Assembly: GCA_963741205.1 (NCBI GenBank)
Contig: CAVUHW010000027.1
Coordinates: 96,001 to 160,000, forward strand
Length of the DNA: 64,000 nt
Reading direction: 5' to 3'
Origin: Nitrospirota bacterium
Lineage (GTDB): Bacteria > Nitrospirota > UBA9217
Below are positions 61,383 through 64,000 of the stretch, in pieces. The position numbers and the translations under genes are program-made. Each line of letters begins with the position of its first letter. Within the stretch, counting starts at the first letter, position 1. The notes under the pieces were generated by a model. The model searched no databases, was not told where the DNA came from, and saw only the letters and a program-made list of their open reading frames with translations.

Positions 61383-62618
61383 ATGAAAATTCCCTACGAA
61401 ATATTCATCAGCCTTCGCTATCTGAAGACAAAAAAGCGTTACGGCACCGTTTCCCTTAATACGTTCATCTCCATAGCCGGGGTCGTCATCGGCGTCGCCA
61501 CGTCCATCATCACGCTTGCGGTCATGAGCGGCTTCCAGGGCTATTTTCGCGACAAGATCCTCTCCGCCATGCCGCATATCGTCGTCATGGAATTTTCCGG
61601 CTCCGGGGTGAAGGACGAGAAGGCCCTCCAGGAAAAGGTCGAGAAGGTCCCCCATGTCCTGGCAACGACCCCGTTCGTCTACGGCCAGTCGATGGTCACG
61701 ACGAAGGAGCGCATGCAGGGCGTCGTCGTCCGGGGCATCGACCCCGCCACGGAAGCGAAGGTCACGGACCTCGCGAAGAACATGACCGCGGGAACGCTCA
61801 AGGACCTTGAGCGCCCCGAGGGGAAGCTGCCCGGCATCATCATCGGCGAAGACCTTGCCCGCAAGTTGGGCGCGTCGGTGGGAGACCCCGTCACCATGGT
61901 CAACCCCCTCGGCGAAGAGACCGCGATGGGCATTGTCCCCAGGATGAAAAAATTCGAGGTGGCCGGGCTTTTTGACGCGGGCATGTACGATTACAACACG
62001 GGGTTCGTGTATATCTCTCTGCCGGCGGCGCAAAAATTCTTCGACATGCCGGGCAAGGTGAGCGGCGTCCAGGTCAAGGTTGATGAGATCTATCAGGCCG
62101 ACAAGATTTCCTCGCTCATTCAGACGGCGGTAGGCTATCCGTTCTATACGCGGAACTGGATGGAGATGAACAAAAACTTTTTTTCGGCGCTCCTGCTCGA
62201 GAAAATCGGCATGTCGCTGATTCTCGTCGTCATCATCATCGTGGCGTCCTTCAACATCGTCGGGACCCTGACCATGATCGTCATGGAAAAGAACCGCGAG
62301 ATCGCCATCCTCAAATCCATGGGCTCTCCGTCGCCGAGCATCGTGAAGATCTTCATGTTCGCCGGGCTGGTGATCGGCTTTGTGGGAACGGCGCTCGGCG
62401 TCGTTATCGGTTACGGCGCGGTAGCGGTCCTGACGAAAACGGACATCGTGTCACTCCCGAAGGACGTTTACCAGGTGAGCCACTTGCCGCTTGCGACCTC
62501 CGGCCTCGATGTCCTGTTCGTTTCTCTGACCGCGCTGGGAATCAGCTTTCTCGCCACGCTTTATCCGTCCTGGCAGGCGGCAAGGCAGGACCCTGTGGAA
62601 GTGCTGAGGTATGAGTAG
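61383..62618 (+). CDS. lolE: Lipoprotein-releasing ABC transporter permease LolC/E
   Basis: ISIAGVVIGV, AVMSGF, GMYDY, EIAILKSMG, ATLYPSWQAA..PVEVLRYE. Confidence 0.92.
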   Translation: MKIPYEIFISLRYLKTKKRYGTVSLNTFISIAGVVIGVATSIITLAVMSGFQGYFRDKILSAMPHIVVMEFSGSGVKDEKALQEKVEKVPHVLATTPFVYGQSMVTTKERMQGVVVRGIDPATEAKVTDLAKNMTAGTLKDLERPEGKLPGIIIGEDLARKLGASVGDPVTMVNPLGEETAMGIVPRMKKFEVAGLFDAGMYDYNTGFVYISLPAAQKFFDMPGKVSGVQVKVDEIYQADKISSLIQTAVGYPFYTRNWMEMNKNFFSALLLEKIGMSLILVVIIIVASFNIVGTLTMIVMEKNREIAILKSMGSPSPSIVKIFMFAGLVIGFVGTALGVVIGYGAVAVLTKTDIVSLPKDVYQVSHLPLATSGLDVLFVSLTALGISFLATLYPSWQAARQDPVEVLRYE

Positions 62619-62619
62619 G

Positions 62620-62710
62620 GGCACGAGGGACGAGAGACGAAGGAGGAGGGACGATAAGCACTTTCGTCCATCGTCCTAGTGAGCGAAGCGAACAGTCGTC
62701 TATCGTCCGT
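62620..62710. repeat. Inverted heptamer arrays (GGACGA/TCGTCC family) with GAGCGAAGCGAAC insert
   Basis: Homologous to 34885-34979. Confidence 0.75.
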
Positions 62711-62733
62711 CATTAACTTAAAGGGAGGCCCTC

Positions 62734-62973
62734 ATGGCCGGAAAAGGCGGAAAAATGAAACGAATTTTATTGACACTGATATTGCTTGCTCTTGTTGTCG
62801 TCGTTTTTGTTCTCTTCGGCGGCGGGACCTGGCTCAGGTCCGCCGGGAAATGGCTCGGCGGCATGGGGACGAAGGCGGATGACGTAAAACAAACGATTGA
62901 GAAGAAGGCCGCGACCATCGAGAAGACCGTGGAAAAGGGCATCGATGCCGTGAAGCCGGGAGATAAGAAATAA
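62734..62973 (+). CDS. Small membrane-anchored hypothetical protein
   Basis: GGGAGG RBS, hydrophobic N-terminal segment, Lys-rich helix. Confidence 0.65.
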   Translation: MAGKGGKMKRILLTLILLALVVVVFVLFGGGTWLRSAGKWLGGMGTKADDVKQTIEKKAATIEKTVEKGIDAVKPGDKK

Positions 62974-63015
62974 CTCAGGCACCTTATACATATTCAACAA
63001 CTCCGAAAGACGTTC

Positions 63016-63653
63016 ATGAGCGGACCGGAAGCGCTTCACGTGCTTGACGGCATCGACCTCGATATCGGGAAAGGGGAGATGCTTGCCATCGTGGGCGCAT
63101 CGGGAGTTGGCAAGAGCACGTTTCTCCATATCCTCGGGGGGCTGGACCGTCCCACGTCCGGCAGCGTCGTGTTCGGGGACGTGGATGTCTTTGCGCTCGA
63201 TCCCAACCGGCTTGCCCGGTTCCGCAACGAGCGCGTAGGGTTCGTGTTCCAGTTCCATCATCTGCTCCCCGAGTTTTCAGCACTTGAAAACGTCATGATG
63301 CCGGCGCTCATTCGCAGAACCGGGCGGGACGAGGCGGCCGAGACGGCCTCGGGCATCCTTGCCGAGGTGGGACTCGGCGGAAGGCTTCATCACCGGCCCG
63401 GCGAACTCTCGGGAGGGGAACAGCAGCGAGTGGCAGTGGCCCGGGCGCTTATCTGAGGCCTGACGTCGTGCTGGCAGACGAACCGACGGGGAACCTTGAT
63501 ACGCATACCGGGGAGGCGGTTCACGACCTCCTTCTTTCCATCAACAAGCAGAAGGGGACGACCTTCGTGATCGTGACCCATAACGATAAACTTGCCCTCC
63601 GGGCTGACCGCGTGCTCCGGATGACCGAGGGCAGACTGATGCCAGAAAAATGA
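63016..63653 (+). CDS. lolD: Lipoprotein-releasing ABC transporter ATPase (frameshift near 63453; start may lie upstream)
   Basis: GASGVGKST, GFVFQFHHLL, LSGGEQQR, LADEPTGNLD. Confidence 0.9.
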
Positions 63654-63858
63654 TGCAGCTTTTTTGGGTCCGGCATCTCTTGCCTTGTCAGGCCGTAGGC
63701 CAATGACCACTGTCCGATCAAACCGGTTTCTGGCAAGGACATTCGGGAATGACAACTGTTTGCCATGTCATATCGACCTTTTTCCCTTGACTTTATCGGG
63801 GGTTAAAAAGTATTATTCAAAAATGTCAACGAGCGCATCATTCACGGGGAACGACCGC

Positions 63859-64000
63859 ATGAATCTTATTTTTTTTCAGGCAGCAACGGGCGCCTATATT
63901 CTGGCGGCGGCGGGCTATATCACCTATATCTTTAAACCGGAGCAGAAATGGTCGGCCGGTGCGTCGCTTTGGGCGCCGCTCGCGGGGTTTCTCTGCCATA
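63859..64000 (+). CDS. Membrane protein N-terminus, possibly cytochrome c biogenesis CcsA (truncated by window end)
   Basis: MNLIFFQAATGAYILAAAGY...AGFLCH hydrophobic start; TTGACT..TATTAT promoter at 63787-63816. Confidence 0.45.
   Translation, partial: MNLIFFQAATGAYILAAAGYITYIFKPEQKWSAGASLWAPLAGFLCH

Noticed and set aside
1-63653. Dozens of frameshifts suggesting mass pseudogenisation or programmed frameshifting
   Set aside because: They are single-base indels that also hit normally essential genes (metK, lolD) with otherwise intact motifs, which is typical of unpolished long-read assemblies.
1-64000. CRISPR array, tRNA, rRNA or cobalamin riboswitch
   Set aside because: I saw no regularly spaced direct repeats with unique spacers and no recognisable structural RNA genes; the 5' end of the cob operon is outside the window.

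Overview
Chromosomal window from an anaerobic bacterium; gene content suggests Nitrospirota (Thermodesulfovibrionia-like) or a deltaproteobacterium-like lineage, which is an inference. In order it holds: an anaerobic cobalamin biosynthesis and cobalt uptake cluster (cobQ to cbiB); metK; an SAH riboswitch with ahcY; two c-type cytochromes; a group 1 Hyb-type [NiFe] hydrogenase operon; a HdrCBA-MvhDGA (group 3c) cluster; hyp maturation genes; a heme-c sensor kinase and sigma54 regulator; housekeeping genes; and a small accessory island between purC and lysS (decayed IS200/IS605 tnpB, one attC-like site, SPFH and DHFR-like genes). Many genes carry single-base frameshifts, most likely long-read errors, so several gene boundaries are reconstructed by eye. 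Main unusual signals: (1) a 43-44 bp hairpin element present five times, each time inside another repeat and once in frame in cobQ; (2) heptamer-repeat-derived peptides inserted in frame in many enzymes; (3) an in-frame UGA at a Ni-Fe ligand Cys of the hydrogenase large subunit, followed by a SECIS-like hairpin; (4) apparent HTH-HdrC and HypC-HypA fusions.
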